64,000 bases of DNA from Candidatus Obscuribacteraceae bacterium (lineage in GTDB: Bacteria > Cyanobacteriota > Vampirovibrionia > Obscuribacterales > Obscuribacteraceae): contig JBGASG010000007.1 in NCBI GenBank assembly GCA_044229845.1, positions 128,001-192,000 of the forward strand. The letters are read 5' to 3'. Below the pieces are notes generated by a model. It was not told the origin of the DNA. It made no database searches and saw only the letters and a list, made by a program, of their open reading frames with translations. Shown here piece by piece: positions 1 to 11,053 of the stretch. Position numbers and translations under genes: made by a program. How positions within the stretch are numbered: position 1 is the first letter of the stretch; each line of letters opens with the position of its first letter.

Positions 1-46
1 ATTCCGAACGTGGCCACAAAGCCTCTAATGTAATGGAGTTTCAAAG

Positions 47-1996
47 ATGGGGAAGGCAGTAGGCATTGATCTTGGCACCACTAACTCAGTGGTCGCTGTC
101 ATGGAAGGCGGCAAGCCAACGGTCATATCAAACGCAGAAGGCGGCAGGACCACGCCGTCGGTCGTCGCGTTTACCAAATCCGGCGAGAGGCTTGTGGGCC
201 AGTTAGCCCGTCGTCAAGCTGTTTTGAACCCCGAAAATACCGTCTATTCAATCAAGCGGTTTATCGGTCGCCGTTTCAACGAAGTGGAGTCGGAGCGCAA
301 AATCGTCTCCTACAAAGTTAAAGAAGGTCCGGACGGCGGTTGCAAGGTTGCTATTCAGGGCAAGGACTACAGCCCTGAAGAAATCTCAGCCATGATTCTG
401 CGCAAACTCAAAGAAGATGCAGAGAAGTATCTGGGCGAAAAAGTCACCAGTGCTGTGATCACGGTTCCCGCTTATTTCAACGACTCGCAAAGACAGTCGA
501 CCAAGAACGCCGGCACGATCGCCGGTCTGGAAGTTCTTCGTATCATCAACGAGCCTACAGCTGCGGCACTTGCCTACGGTCTGGAAAGCAAAGCGAACGA
601 AACCATTCTGGTTTTCGACCTGGGTGGTGGCACATTCGACGTGTCGATTCTGGAAGTGGGCGACGGAGTATTCGAAGTCAAATCGACCTCCGGCGACACG
701 CACCTGGGCGGTGACGACTTCGACCACGCGCTGGTCAACTGGATCGCTGATGAGTTCAACAAGCTCGAAGGCATCGATCTGCGTAAAGATCGTCAAGCTC
801 TGCAGCGTCTGACTGAAGCTGCTGAAAAAGCCAAAATCGAACTTTCATCGGTGACTGAAACCAACATCTCGTTGCCGTTCATCACTGCCGATGCTTCCGG
901 ACCGAAGCACTTGGAGATGAAACTGACTCGTGCTCGCTTCGATGAACTGACCCATGCGCTCGTCGAACGCTGCCGCGCTCCTATGGAGCAGTCGCTGCGC
1001 GATGCCAAACTCACCTACAACGATCTCAACGAAGTAGTGCTGGTCGGTGGTTCGACCCGTATGCCTTCCGTACAAGCGCTTGTGAAGAGCCTCACCGGCG
1101 GCAAAGAGCCTAACCAGACCGTCAACCCTGATGAGGTGGTTGCGGTCGGCGCGGCCATTCAAGCCGGCGTGTTGGGCGGCGAAGTCAAAGGCGTGGTGCT
1201 GCTCGACGTCACCCCACTCTCCCTCGGTATTGAAACCATGGGCGGTGTGATGACGAAACTGGTAGAGCGCAACACCACCATTCCGACTCGCAAATCCGAA
1301 GTGTTCTCGACCGCTGAAGACAATCAGACCGCTGTGGACATTTATGTGTTCCAGGGCGAACGTCCGATGGCGCGCGACAACAAATTGCTCGGTAACTTCA
1401 GACTGGATGGTATTCCGCCGGCACCGCGTGGTGTCCCGAAAGTGGAAGTCACCTTCGACATCGATGCCAACGGCATTCTGAACGTCACAGCCCGTGACCA
1501 GACAACCGGCAAAGAACAGAAGATCACCATTACTGCCTCGACCAACCTCAACAAGGATGACATCGAGCGCATGGTCAAAGAAGCGGAATCGCATGCCGCA
1601 GAAGACCGTCGCAGAAAAGAAGAAGCCGATCTGCGCAACGAAGCCGACAGCCTCTGCTACGCAGTGGAGCGGCAGGTTCGCGAACTCGGCGACCGGGCAT
1701 CGGAAGCCAGCAAATCGCGCGCCGAGATGTTGGTTGCCGACCTGCGCCAGAAGCTCAAAGAAGAAGCCGACGGCGACATGGTGAAGAACCTCATGAACGA
1801 CCTGCGCGGCGTGCTCGTGCTATTGCAACAAGACGCAGTGGCGATGGGCATGGCGCCGGCCGGTGAAGGTGAAGAAGGTCAGCCTGTGGGCGCTGGTGCA
1901 ACATCCGGCGGTTACGGCGGCGAAGCCGGCTACAGCGCCGGTGGCGGCGGCGGCGACGACGTAGTCGATGCCGAATTCCGCGCCTCCGACGAGTAG
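47..1996 (+). CDS. dnaK: Molecular chaperone DnaK (Hsp70)
   Basis: [25 protein letters not shown] and [10 protein letters not shown] motifs; Gly-rich tail ending [12 protein letters not shown] upstream. Confidence 0.99.
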   Translation: MGKAVGIDLGTTNSVVAVMEGGKPTVISNAEGGRTTPSVVAFTKSGERLVGQLARRQAVLNPENTVYSIKRFIGRRFNEVESERKIVSYKVKEGPDGGCKVAIQGKDYSPEEISAMILRKLKEDAEKYLGEKVTSAVITVPAYFNDSQRQSTKNAGTIAGLEVLRIINEPTAAALAYGLESKANETILVFDLGGGTFDVSILEVGDGVFEVKSTSGDTHLGGDDFDHALVNWIADEFNKLEGIDLRKDRQALQRLTEAAEKAKIELSSVTETNISLPFITADASGPKHLEMKLTRARFDELTHALVERCRAPMEQSLRDAKLTYNDLNEVVLVGGSTRMPSVQALVKSLTGGKEPNQTVNPDEVVAVGAAIQAGVLGGEVKGVVLLDVTPLSLGIETMGGVMTKLVERNTTIPTRKSEVFSTAEDNQTAVDIYVFQGERPMARDNKLLGNFRLDGIPPAPRGVPKVEVTFDIDANGILNVTARDQTTGKEQKITITASTNLNKDDIERMVKEAESHAAEDRRRKEEADLRNEADSLCYAVERQVRELGDRASEASKSRAEMLVADLRQKLKEEADGDMVKNLMNDLRGVLVLLQQDAVAMGMAPAGEGEEGQPVGAGATSGGYGGEAGYSAGGGGGDDVVDAEFRASDE

Positions 1997-2020
1997 ACCA
2001 AAGACCAACAAAGTAGCAGC

Positions 2021-2058
2021 AAAGTCGCAGGCAGGGTTCGCCCTGCCTGCGACTTTTT
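2021..2058 (+). terminator. Rho-independent terminator after dnaK
   Basis: AAAGTCGCAGGCAGGG-TTCG-CCCTGCCTGCGACTTTTT perfect stem, UUCG loop, T tract. Confidence 0.9.
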
Positions 2059-2119
2059 GCCGGGCAGGCGACGCCTTTCAGGCTGGGTGTTGTATTCTTG
2101 AAATAAGAACCTGGTGTAA

Positions 2120-3034
2120 GTGATGAAATACCAGCACAGCGCCTGTTTGGCCCTTCTCTCCGGTTTGTTTGTGGCTTCTGCGCTCAAATGTGCGGCGGCT
2201 CCAGCCGCGCCGCGCACGGCGGTGTCGGAAGAGGTGGTCGGCAAGGATGTGGAAGTGCTGGAGCGTCGTTTCTTTCCAAAGACCTACTGGAACGACCCGC
2301 TGGAAAAACGACTTGAGCGGCTGGAGCTGATGATCTACGGCTCCACTCAATCAGGTTCGATTGGCGAGCGATTGGATCGCATCAAAAAGGATGTTGTGCA
2401 ACGCTCCAAGACTACTCCCAATTCAGGCGCGGTGACGCGACCCGCGCCGGCTCCCGGCAAGGTGCAAGGTGATTCGGCCGCCGGCGGACAATATCCGGTG
2501 TTGAACACTCTGGAGTGGCGGGCGCTCAAGAAAACCTTTCCGACTGAGAGTCTCGACCAGAGGCTGGCGCGCCTGGAGTCGCATCTGTTCGGACAACCCA
2601 GTTCGACCATGCCTTACATCGATCGCATCGATCGCTTGAAGCGCGTCATGGGACTGGGCATGACCAGCGATTTGCCGCCCGGCGGTACGCTTCTGGGACC
2701 TTTGCCGCGAGCGCGTTCGCGCGTGCCGTTCAACGGCAGCGGTATGCCCCTTTCGCCATTTTTTCCTGATGGTTCCGGTGATGATTTTCCCGGGCTCGAC
2801 TCAGACAGCAGCAAATCGCTTGCTGAGATCATGAAGCGCATGCGGCAGCACATGAGCGAAATGCAGCGTATGGCTCCCGGTGCGGCGATCCGAAACTGGC
2901 GATATGACCCGCAAACCGGCACCTGGATCGAGCAAGGCACCGGGCGACGATTCCGTGGTGATGGGCGGGGATTGCGCATGGAAGAAGAGCAGTCGCCGCA
3001 AGTTCCGCCTTATCTCGATCCCAACTCAATCTGA
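2120..3034 (+). CDS. Exported hypothetical protein with two RLxRLE-xxG repeats
   Basis: Signal-peptide-like N-terminus; LEKRLERLELMIYG and LDQRLARLESHLFG repeats. Confidence 0.75.
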   Translation: MMKYQHSACLALLSGLFVASALKCAAAPAAPRTAVSEEVVGKDVEVLERRFFPKTYWNDPLEKRLERLELMIYGSTQSGSIGERLDRIKKDVVQRSKTTPNSGAVTRPAPAPGKVQGDSAAGGQYPVLNTLEWRALKKTFPTESLDQRLARLESHLFGQPSSTMPYIDRIDRLKRVMGLGMTSDLPPGGTLLGPLPRARSRVPFNGSGMPLSPFFPDGSGDDFPGLDSDSSKSLAEIMKRMRQHMSEMQRMAPGAAIRNWRYDPQTGTWIEQGTGRRFRGDGRGLRMEEEQSPQVPPYLDPNSI

Positions 3035-3082
3035 GCGGCCTTCCGCGGGTGGCACCACAGGCGGTATCGGAAGTAAGGCCGG

Positions 3083-3550
3083 TCAGTTGACGCCGGAGGC
3101 AGACCCGGCGGTCAGTTGATTAAACAGAATGCGGCAGACGTCCGGTAGGCGCGTTGGTTTGCCGGTTGCGAGGTCGATGAAGACGGCTGTGAACTCCGCT
3201 TCGGTAGTCAGCTTATCTTCAACATAAATGACACCGCGAATCGTCATGCTGGTGTTGCCCATGCGTTCGATCCACATTTCGCCGTGCGGCTCCTGGAACA
3301 GTTTGATCGGTCGTCGGTATTCGATTCTGGTTTGTGAAATCACCGGGCACTTGCCGTTGGCGAGAAACTTGCGCAGCGAAAAATACTTCTCGAAAAGCTT
3401 CAGGCGCATGTCTTCGAACCAGCGCAAATAGCTGATGTTGCTTACATGACTGGCGAAATCGATGTCATAGGTGGCGATTCTAATCTCGTGCGTGATCAGC
3501 ATCGGGCGCTGCGCATCGGGCGCGTTTGTTTCGCGCGAGCCGCTTGTCAT
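3083..3550 (-). CDS. Acyl-CoA thioesterase (4HBT/YbgC hotdog family)
   Basis: DIDFASHVSNISYLRWFE motif. Confidence 0.9.
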   Translation of the reverse strand: MTSGSRETNAPDAQRPMLITHEIRIATYDIDFASHVSNISYLRWFEDMRLKLFEKYFSLRKFLANGKCPVISQTRIEYRRPIKLFQEPHGEMWIERMGNTSMTIRGVIYVEDKLTTEAEFTAVFIDLATGKPTRLPDVCRILFNQLTAGSASGVN

Positions 3551-3597
3551 TTGTTTCCTCGCGACCGGAACTCAGCGGCTATTCTCGCACGTTTGGG

Positions 3598-4593
3598 TCA
3601 TTCTTGTTCTTGCACGGCAACGTTTATGATACGGTCTTGCGTCGTTAACCGTTGCACGACATCCATTCCCTTGATCACCCCGCCGAAGACGGCATACTTG
3701 TTGTCCAGCCTGTCTTGCGGGGATAGCGTGATGTAAAACTGGCTGCTGGCAGAGTGCGGATCGTTGCCGGTGCGAGCCATCGCCACCACCCCTGGTGCGT
3801 TGTGGCGGAGTCGCGGATTAAGTTCCAGTCCCAGGCGGCGCTCTTGCCCGCTGTGGGGATCTGTATAGCCGCCAGTGCCATTGCCGTTCGGGCAACCGGT
3901 TTGCACAACGAAACCAGGCTCGACTCTGTGGAACAGTAAGCTGTTATAGAAACCGGTGGAGGCGATGTCTATGAAGTTTGCCACCGTCTTTGGTGCGTGC
4001 TGACGAAACAAGCGGATGATGATAGTGCCCTTGGTGGTTTCGATTACTGCCAGCGGATCTTGTTTGACCTGCCCCGGTGTGACGGCGGCTAGGGGAGCGC
4101 TGTTAAAGGCTGGGGGTGCCTGGGGCGGCGGTGCGTCATCAGGATAGTAATGTTGTTTAAACCCTTTTTTCTTTGGACAGGTCGGACAGTCATCGTTGGT
4201 ATTTGGACCGAACGAACCAGCTTGCTGCCCCTGCATGCCGCCGGGCTGACCGCCCTGCATGAGCGCGGCGGAACCCTGGGGCGGCTGTCCAGGCGCTGTC
4301 GGTGCCTGTCCCGGCGCTGTCCAGTTAACGCGCGACGGACGCCCGCCGGTCAATTCTTGCGGCATCGTGTTCATCTGCCCGTTTTGCTGCATCAGTCCGT
4401 TGCCTGACGGGTTTGTCTGTCCGGCTGGTGTCTGCGTGGTGGCGGGAGGCGGCGTGCTGCTGTTTGGCGAAAGGATAACTTCCGGCGGAATGGTATCAGT
4501 GTCCGCCTGAGCCAGAGCGGGCACAGCCATCAAGCCCGGAACACCGATGCCGATGGAGAGTATCAAACTTGCGAGTAATAACTGACGGATCAT
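3598..4593 (-). CDS. Exported cyclophilin-type peptidyl-prolyl cis-trans isomerase with Pro/Gln-rich linker
   Basis: APKTVANF, FHRVEPGFVVQ, AMAR, SASSQFYI; signal peptide from ATG 4593. Confidence 0.93.
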   Translation of the reverse strand: MIRQLLLASLILSIGIGVPGLMAVPALAQADTDTIPPEVILSPNSSTPPPATTQTPAGQTNPSGNGLMQQNGQMNTMPQELTGGRPSRVNWTAPGQAPTAPGQPPQGSAALMQGGQPGGMQGQQAGSFGPNTNDDCPTCPKKKGFKQHYYPDDAPPPQAPPAFNSAPLAAVTPGQVKQDPLAVIETTKGTIIIRLFRQHAPKTVANFIDIASTGFYNSLLFHRVEPGFVVQTGCPNGNGTGGYTDPHSGQERRLGLELNPRLRHNAPGVVAMARTGNDPHSASSQFYITLSPQDRLDNKYAVFGGVIKGMDVVQRLTTQDRIINVAVQEQE

Positions 4594-4671
4594 GCTAACT
4601 CGTCGCGATGCAGCAATATGTATTCTAACCGCGATCAGCAAAGACGATCTATTTTGCTCTCAGGGGCGGGA

Positions 4672-5364
4672 TTAAGTCGCGAAGTCCGCATACACTGCCA
4701 CATCTTTGTGCAACTGCAAAAACGACGCCGGCACATCCGGTGTCACCGGACCCTTCAATGCGCGTTCGAGAATCTCGCGTTTGCGCTCGCCGCTTGCCAT
4801 GAGAATGATCTTCTTGCTGCTCAAGATGGTGCGCAGCCCCATGGTGACTGCATGTTGTGGGATGTTGCCGGGATCCGAAAAGTATTTTTTGTTGGCCTGG
4901 ATGGTGGCGTCGGTAAGCCACACGCAATGCGTCCAGCTGTCGAGCGGTGTGCCGGGTTCATTAAAGGCGATATGACCGTTGGTGCCGATGCCGAGCAGCG
5001 TCAGGTCCAGACCGCCCCAGTGCTCGATCAATCCATCGTAGTCATCGTGGAAAAGGGGGCTGAAGCGATGCGTGTCCTGAATGTCGGTGTTTTTGTACAG
5101 GTGTTCGTACAGGTAGCGCCGGAACGAGTCTTTTTCTGGACCCTCGATGTACTCATCGAGACCGAAACAGGCAGACCGGCTGAAGTCGATCTCTTCCGCC
5201 CGCGACCACTCGGACAAGATTTTGTACGTCCCGGTGGGCGTAGCTCCAGTCGGCAACCCGAGCCGCATTTCAGGATTTTTCTGGAGTGCTTCGCGAACGG
5301 CCGTTGCCACTTTGCTGCTCAAGCTTTTGTATGGCTCGGACGCGCTCTGCTCTGACGTTTGCAT
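4672..5364 (-). CDS. nagB: Glucosamine-6-phosphate deaminase
   Basis: LGLPTGATP, LDEY, LLGIGTNGHIAFNEPG, PASFLQLH. Confidence 0.95.
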   Translation of the reverse strand: MQTSEQSASEPYKSLSSKVATAVREALQKNPEMRLGLPTGATPTGTYKILSEWSRAEEIDFSRSACFGLDEYIEGPEKDSFRRYLYEHLYKNTDIQDTHRFSPLFHDDYDGLIEHWGGLDLTLLGIGTNGHIAFNEPGTPLDSWTHCVWLTDATIQANKKYFSDPGNIPQHAVTMGLRTILSSKKIILMASGERKREILERALKGPVTPDVPASFLQLHKDVAVYADFAT

Positions 5365-5444
5365 GGCAACATTAAATCACAAATGAGACGGCTCAACTGT
5401 GGCAAAATGCATCATAGGAGTACTTGAAACTGCCGGGTGAGTAG

Positions 5445-6323
5445 ATGGACAGATGCATTCGCGCACTGATGCTGACGGTTTTACTGGTCGTCTGTATCTG
5501 CGCGAGCGGCTTGTCTGACGTCAGCGCGCAAACCAAGAGGGTTTTGCCCAAAGCCACTTTCCAGAAATTCACACGCCCCAATGGTGAAGAGCTGCCGGTG
5601 TCGAACGGCATGCACCTCAGTCCGGGACTGACTCGCCGAAAAGGGGCGCCAGTGGAGGTCTATCCCCCCGGCGAACCTTCCTTGAAAGGGGCTCTGGTCC
5701 GCTGGGATTCCACCAGGATGCCGTTGCGCATCTGGATAAGCAACGGTCAGAAGCTGCCGGAGGTCCCATATGCAGCTTTGCAGGACACGCGCGTCGGGCA
5801 GGTTAAAGGGCTGATGAAAGATCCGGCTCAGATGGCTGCTTTGCCGACCGCGCCCGGTTGGTCGCCGACCGCTAATGAAATGGTCGCCAACGGGTTCGAA
5901 GAGTGGCGCGAGTTTGAAAACGAAGGACTGTTCAGCTTTTGCTTCGTGGACGATCCGAAAGACGCGCAGATTTTGGTCTTCTTCACTGATCGCTTTGCCG
6001 GCTCCGAGGGACCGGGCGGTACCAGTACACATGGAATGACCATCGCAAAAATGCTGCCCACCGCCGAAATTCAGGCTTGGGAAGCGGCGAATGGGCGTCC
6101 GCACCCGCAATGGCCGATTGTGATGGAACTGGTCATGGGCGAAGATCTGGCCAAGCTGCAAGCGGAAGCCGCGCACGAGTTCGGGCATGCCCTCGGCATC
6201 AAAGCGCATAGCCCGTATCGCGAAGACTTGATGTATGAAAATCGCATCGTCGAAGGGCTCTCACCCAACGACAAAGCGACCATCCGCTGGCTCTATCGCC
6301 AGAAAACACCGTACATGTACTGA
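5445..6323 (+). CDS. Exported matrixin-family (metzincin) metalloprotease
   Basis: HEFGHALGIKAHS zinc motif followed by DLMY Met-turn; signal peptide. Confidence 0.88.
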   Translation: MDRCIRALMLTVLLVVCICASGLSDVSAQTKRVLPKATFQKFTRPNGEELPVSNGMHLSPGLTRRKGAPVEVYPPGEPSLKGALVRWDSTRMPLRIWISNGQKLPEVPYAALQDTRVGQVKGLMKDPAQMAALPTAPGWSPTANEMVANGFEEWREFENEGLFSFCFVDDPKDAQILVFFTDRFAGSEGPGGTSTHGMTIAKMLPTAEIQAWEAANGRPHPQWPIVMELVMGEDLAKLQAEAAHEFGHALGIKAHSPYREDLMYENRIVEGLSPNDKATIRWLYRQKTPYMY

Positions 6324-6532
6324 GGCGGCTGAGGCCGTCGGAAGACTGCCGCGGATTATAAGCGCGATGGTGCACCGGCAGGGCACCCTGCGTGCGGTGC
6401 CCGTTTTCGCAGCAGGTTTGCGGAAACCTTGTATAACTTATGGCGAATTCCAGAAGAAGCGCAACCACAGGGCTTGGGACACAACAACGCCGATGCTAGG
6501 ATGATGGCAGTGGTATCAAATGTGGTTACATC

Positions 6533-6733
6533 ATGTGCTATAGAAAATCCAGCGCCCGCGCCAATGTGGAAGAGTGTTCGCTCTGTGGAGTGAATGACTT
6601 CGTCATGCACGATGACGGTGACCATATCTTCTGCGATCGGTGCTACAACGTGCGCCTGAGAGAGCAAAGAGCGGATGAAGACTTGGTTTTGCCGCCGCCG
6701 GGTTATGACATAGAAGAGGTAGGCAGGCAATAA
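6533..6733 (+). CDS. Small putative zinc-finger protein
   Basis: CSLC...CDRC pairs; stop 1 bp before the next ATG. Confidence 0.55.
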   Translation: MCYRKSSARANVEECSLCGVNDFVMHDDGDHIFCDRCYNVRLREQRADEDLVLPPPGYDIEEVGRQ

Positions 6734-6734
6734 T

Positions 6735-7148
6735 ATGGCTTATGTCTCGCAAGAATCGATTTGCAAGTCGCTTTTGACTGACGCAAATAAGGCCAAGAAA
6801 AAGGGAAACTTCAGCGAAGCGGAGACGCTTTATTTGGAAGCTCTGGAGCGACTGGAAAACGCGGCTGGTCCTGTGCATCCTCGGCTGGCCGCGGTGCTGC
6901 TGCGGTTAGGAGATTTCTACAGTGCGCAGATCAGACTCGATGACGCGGAGCGCATCTACCGTCGCGCTCTTTCTATATACGAGCACGCCTTCGGCAAAGA
7001 CAATCTCGACGTGGCTATAGCTCTGCAATATCTTTCCGAAGTTCTTGATGCTCAGGGGCGCAGTGCCGAGTCGGCAGAGATTCGGCGGCGCAGCAAGACG
7101 ATTCTCTGCTCGCGATTGAGCTGTTTTGCTGGAAGAAAATCCAGTTAG
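6735..7148 (+). CDS. Tetratricopeptide repeat protein (kinesin-light-chain-like TPR)
   Basis: GNFSEAETLYLEAL; DAERIYRRALSIYEHAFG. Confidence 0.85.
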   Translation: MAYVSQESICKSLLTDANKAKKKGNFSEAETLYLEALERLENAAGPVHPRLAAVLLRLGDFYSAQIRLDDAERIYRRALSIYEHAFGKDNLDVAIALQYLSEVLDAQGRSAESAEIRRRSKTILCSRLSCFAGRKSS

Positions 7149-7253
7149 TCGACTTGAAATCAATCTGCGATGCACCACCACAGGTGGCATCGCTATGCAG
7201 ACGATCCGGCTAAACGTCCGGGGAATGGATATAGAACTGCCGTACTAAGCGAA

Positions 7254-7613
7254 CTAAGCTGCCTGATCGAGATCGCCGAGTCCGACGACGCGGGCGTGTG
7301 TAGCCATATGGCGTTCGTAAAGAGCTTGGGCGTACGCCTTCAAGCCGCGGAATTCGTAGGGATATTCCAGCTTGAACTCGCGCTCCCAGAGAGAAACTGC
7401 ATGCAGATATAGAAACTCGGCCTGAGCGCTATGCCCCTGAGCGTGATATTCATCGCCCATCTGGAAGATAGTGAGCGGCAGCTCAGCAAGCGGCACCTCG
7501 GCATACTTCTTCTGAACTGTGGCTACCAGCTCGCTGATTTTACGAGCTTCTTCGTCCAGAATGTCGTACGAGAAGGCTTTCGTCTGCTCTGACTGTGTAC
7601 TGTCGCTGTCCAT
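7254..7613 (-). CDS. Hypothetical protein with a single TPR-like motif
   Basis: MGDEYHAQGHSAQAEFLYLHAVSLWE; start taken at ATG 7613. Confidence 0.6.
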   Translation of the reverse strand: MDSDSTQSEQTKAFSYDILDEEARKISELVATVQKKYAEVPLAELPLTIFQMGDEYHAQGHSAQAEFLYLHAVSLWEREFKLEYPYEFRGLKAYAQALYERHMATHARVVGLGDLDQAA

Positions 7614-7787
7614 TTGAACCTGCCATTTCCAGAGAAGGAGGATCTGCACCCTTCAATCATGCCCTGAAATGTGACGGAAGCCCAGCCCAAAGGAGCCCAA
7701 ATAAATCGATTTACCACACTTTTTAAGAGCAGTTAACACTCAGCTTACAAAGCCCGACAGATAAAGTGGGCTGGGTTTTTCGGCTGC

Positions 7788-10700
7788 TTATAAAGCGCGT
7801 TGCCCGGCCTGCATAGTCAGGTGGACCTCGTTGTCGCCTCCGCCTGCCGGAGGCAGCAGGTTGGGCAGCACCAGGTCGGCAGTTGGGTCGACCTTATCGA
7901 GCGGAACCTTGATGGAACCAGCCATCTGGCTGTGCGGACCGACTGCGGTACCGGAGAATACGACCTTGACGGTGGCTTCGCGGTTGTCGCGATAACGGAT
8001 CACTGCCCGCATCTCTTGCGGCACAGTCAGCGCCACTTCGCCATTGTTCTTCAACACCACGGCCAGGCGCACTCCCGTAAATCCGGTTTCGATGCCGGTC
8101 AGCTCAAAACGCACCTGCGACGGTGATACCGCTGTGCCCCCGGTCATTGCTGGGGACGCTGACTCAATTGCAGCCGTCGGCGGCTGGTTGCGAAAATCCG
8201 GCGCTACCGGTGGTGCCGCCGCGATACCGACGCTGGGGGTAGCGGGTGCCATCATATTTGGTGAGGGAGCGATTGACATTGCCGGCGGTGCGGACAGTTC
8301 AGGCAGCGCATTGTTAGAGGCAAAAGGCGTGTCCGGCGAGGCGAACGCGGAAGCCGCCGGCAAGGACGATGGAGCCATGGCGATTGACGCAGGAGTCACG
8401 GATGGTTGAGACGGCGCCGGCACCACTGCTGGTGCGGCAAGGGGGACGGCCGTCGCCGCGATGGCGTCCGCTGTCGCTGCAGTGGCGGTCGGCAATGGCG
8501 GCGGTGCTGCTGCGGTCAACGAGTCTACTGCCGGCACTGTCTTCTTTGGCAGGTTGCCTTTCAATTTGGTCAGCTGGTCTTTGAGAGTCTTGTTTTGCTC
8601 CTCCAGTGCCATCAGCCGCTGGTAAGCCGACTTGATCTTCGGCATGGTGGAGAGCACATCCGGGGCTGCCGCCGGGGCCGCTGCCGCGGACTGAGCTGTT
8701 ACTGCTGCCGCGGCCGGGGCGGCTGCCGGCGCTACCGCTGCCGCGGTTGAGGCACCACTGACGCCACCGCCTTTTAGAAATTCCGTAATGCTGTTGGTCA
8801 GACCGACGAGCGATTGGGCCGTGTTGGCCGCTCCGCTTAGAGGAGCTATCGCGCCGGTCGCGCCCGTCGCATCCGCTGCGACTGCCGCCGGAGCTGCTGC
8901 CGCCGCCGGAGCTGCTGCTGCCGCCGGAGCTGCTGCCGCCGCCGGAGCTGCTGCTGCCGAGGCGCCTGCCAAAAGCTGGTCCAATCCGCTGATCCCGCTG
9001 CTGCCACCGGAGCTGCTGCCGGATTTCAGCACGGCATGCGCCGCATCTTCAATCTTTTGCATTCGGTCTTTTTCGGCCAGCATGTGGTCGCGCATCTGCA
9101 AGGCGAAGCCGGAGAGGGCGGCCACGTGGGCGTCGGTGGAGACCGGTGCGGCACCCACGGTGGAGGCCGCGGTGGCCAGCGTCGGTATGGCCAGGCTGCC
9201 GGCGACTCCGTTCACTGCCAATGGTGCCACGGCATCGACTGCCAGTTCTTTCAGCCGTTGTGCGGCTTGTGTGTTGCTCGGTTGAATGCGCATGACGTGC
9301 ATATAGGCTTCGCGCGCCTGGGGGACCTGCCCGAGTTTCTCCAGGAGCTGTCCCTGATAAAGCCGGATTTGCGCATCAGCCGGATTCCAGCCCACTGCTT
9401 CGTAAACTTTGCGGTAAGCGTCGCGTAAGTCGCCGTGAGCCTCCAGCGTCTTTGCCGCTTGCACTGCGTTGTCTGCCTGCTGCCTGGACAGGGCCAGCTT
9501 GAACGACTGGCGAGCGGCCGGCAAGTTGGGGTTGTTCGGGTCCATGCGGACCACTTCTTTGTATTCGGCTTGGGCAGAGGTCAAATCACCGGCCAGCTGA
9601 TAGGCACGAGCAAGACCCAGGTGAGAGTTAGCGGTGGGAAGCTTGGCCAACTGACGTTGCCAGAGCTCCACCAGCGTTTTGCCGGCTAGCTTGTCCTTCG
9701 GGTCCAGTCCGAGCGCTTTGCTGAGGTTGGCACTGGCCGCTACCAGATCGCCATCGTTATATTGGGCGATGCCCAGCTGCCTGTGAGCGGCCGAACTGGA
9801 CGAATCAATCTGGAGGGCTTCTCGATACTCTTGCTTGGCAGTCGCCTTCTGGTTAGAGCGGGCAGCAATGTTGCCGAGTCCAACGTGGGCCTCGGCACTC
9901 GGTTTGATCTTCAAGGATGTACGGTATTCAACTGCCGCTTCGTCGTAGCGTCCCTGTTCGTAGAGCGAGGAAGCCAGCTTGAGGCGCTGTCCTGCATCGT
10001 TGAAGTTGACGCCCAGCTTGGTCAGCGATTCATCTAGAAGTTGGGAGGCGGCCAGATTGCCCGGGTCGGCGGAAAGTGCCTGACGAGCAGCCCTGGATGC
10101 GGCGTCGAAGTCGCCGGAGGCAATCGCTTCTTTGGCCTTTTCGACGGAGCCGGCAGCAAATTCAGCCAGCATCTTGCGGTCAGCCGGAGTGATTGCGGAG
10201 GCACTGAACAGGAGTTTCCTCGCCTCTTCAATACGCCCGTCTTGCATCAGTTGCTGAGCACGGGCTTTCAGTTGGGAGGCGCTGGCATTGATCGACTCGC
10301 GGTGCTTGTCGGTGAATTCCTTGGCTTTGGACGCGGACTGCCCCAGCGTCGGTGACAATGAAGAGGCAGCGGTGCCGGGGTTGCCCGACGGCAGCACGGT
10401 CGCCTTCAGTGCGGACGGCAGATTTGTCGGGACGGCAGGCGCAGCCGATTGCGGCGGCACATAGCCGGAGCCGTTCACCTGGACATAACGCACGTTGCGC
10501 GGCGCCGGGTTGGAGACTTGCGGCGGACGTGTGTAAGTGACCGTGGCAGGTCTTGTGGTGGTTGCCGGCGTTCCCGGTTGACCCATCAATGAGTAGTCGA
10601 TGCGTCGTTCGATCAAGGAAGCCGGAACATAGACGCGTTTGGCATTGCTGAAATCAGCAGCCGCAGCCGCGCTCGTAAAAGCCTGGCTCCCCAGCTGTAC

Positions 10701-10814
10701 TGACAAAGCCAGGAGAACCGTTGATGTGATCCCCGCTCTGGGGATTTGGACACACACGGAACGTTTCAATTTCTCAACCCGAGCTATCTTTATCGCTGCC
10801 ATTGTAAGGCCCAT
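7788..10814 (-). CDS. Large exported TPR protein with Ala/Pro-rich linkers and a C-terminal beta-rich domain
   Basis: Multiple TPR units (AEAHVGLGNIA, AAHRQLGIAQY, ANSHLGLARAY); low-complexity A/P tracts. Confidence 0.85.
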   Translation of the reverse strand: MGLTMAAIKIARVEKLKRSVCVQIPRAGITSTVLLALSVQLGSQAFTSAAAAADFSNAKRVYVPASLIERRIDYSLMGQPGTPATTTRPATVTYTRPPQVSNPAPRNVRYVQVNGSGYVPPQSAAPAVPTNLPSALKATVLPSGNPGTAASSLSPTLGQSASKAKEFTDKHRESINASASQLKARAQQLMQDGRIEEARKLLFSASAITPADRKMLAEFAAGSVEKAKEAIASGDFDAASRAARQALSADPGNLAASQLLDESLTKLGVNFNDAGQRLKLASSLYEQGRYDEAAVEYRTSLKIKPSAEAHVGLGNIAARSNQKATAKQEYREALQIDSSSSAAHRQLGIAQYNDGDLVAASANLSKALGLDPKDKLAGKTLVELWQRQLAKLPTANSHLGLARAYQLAGDLTSAQAEYKEVVRMDPNNPNLPAARQSFKLALSRQQADNAVQAAKTLEAHGDLRDAYRKVYEAVGWNPADAQIRLYQGQLLEKLGQVPQAREAYMHVMRIQPSNTQAAQRLKELAVDAVAPLAVNGVAGSLAIPTLATAASTVGAAPVSTDAHVAALSGFALQMRDHMLAEKDRMQKIEDAAHAVLKSGSSSGGSSGISGLDQLLAGASAAAAPAAAAAPAAAAAPAAAAAPAAVAADATGATGAIAPLSGAANTAQSLVGLTNSITEFLKGGGVSGASTAAAVAPAAAPAAAAVTAQSAAAAPAAAPDVLSTMPKIKSAYQRLMALEEQNKTLKDQLTKLKGNLPKKTVPAVDSLTAAAPPPLPTATAATADAIAATAVPLAAPAVVPAPSQPSVTPASIAMAPSSLPAASAFASPDTPFASNNALPELSAPPAMSIAPSPNMMAPATPSVGIAAAPPVAPDFRNQPPTAAIESASPAMTGGTAVSPSQVRFELTGIETGFTGVRLAVVLKNNGEVALTVPQEMRAVIRYRDNREATVKVVFSGTAVGPHSQMAGSIKVPLDKVDPTADLVLPNLLPPAGGGDNEVHLTMQAGQRAL
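8884..8958. repeat. 18-bp tandem repeat x4 (GCCGCCGGAGCTGCTGCY) encoding AAAAPA-type units
   Basis: Four consecutive units read directly at 8884, 8902, 8920 and 8938. Confidence 0.9.
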
Positions 10815-11053
10815 TGCCTCGTTAGACGATATATCAAGTAGCTGGGCTTGCCAAGGGTATGTTTCGTGTTTACACCATGAATAAGAGGTTTTCTCAAATA
10901 AATCTAAAAAAGAATTGGTGCTAACTAAGACTTACATACACTTGATAAGTCGGCGGACTTGTCTTATCGTGAGGCATTGAGCCGGCTCAGAAAACAAAAT
11001 CGTTTGTAGATCGAGTACGCGATTATTAGTCGGCACTAAAGCGGGTGAAGCTT

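Noticed and set aside
845..1594. Antisense ORF inside dnaK, and similar ones inside adhE, the RND genes, gltA, the kinase and the helicase
   Set aside because: Shadow ORFs expected from GC-rich codon bias; the sense genes are unambiguous
6440..6733. Upstream ATG in frame with the zinc-finger ORF through a TAG at 6497 (possible amber read-through)
   Set aside because: No RBS, the ATG lies only 2 nt after a TATAAC -10-like box, and there is no evidence for pyrrolysine or recoding; probably chance
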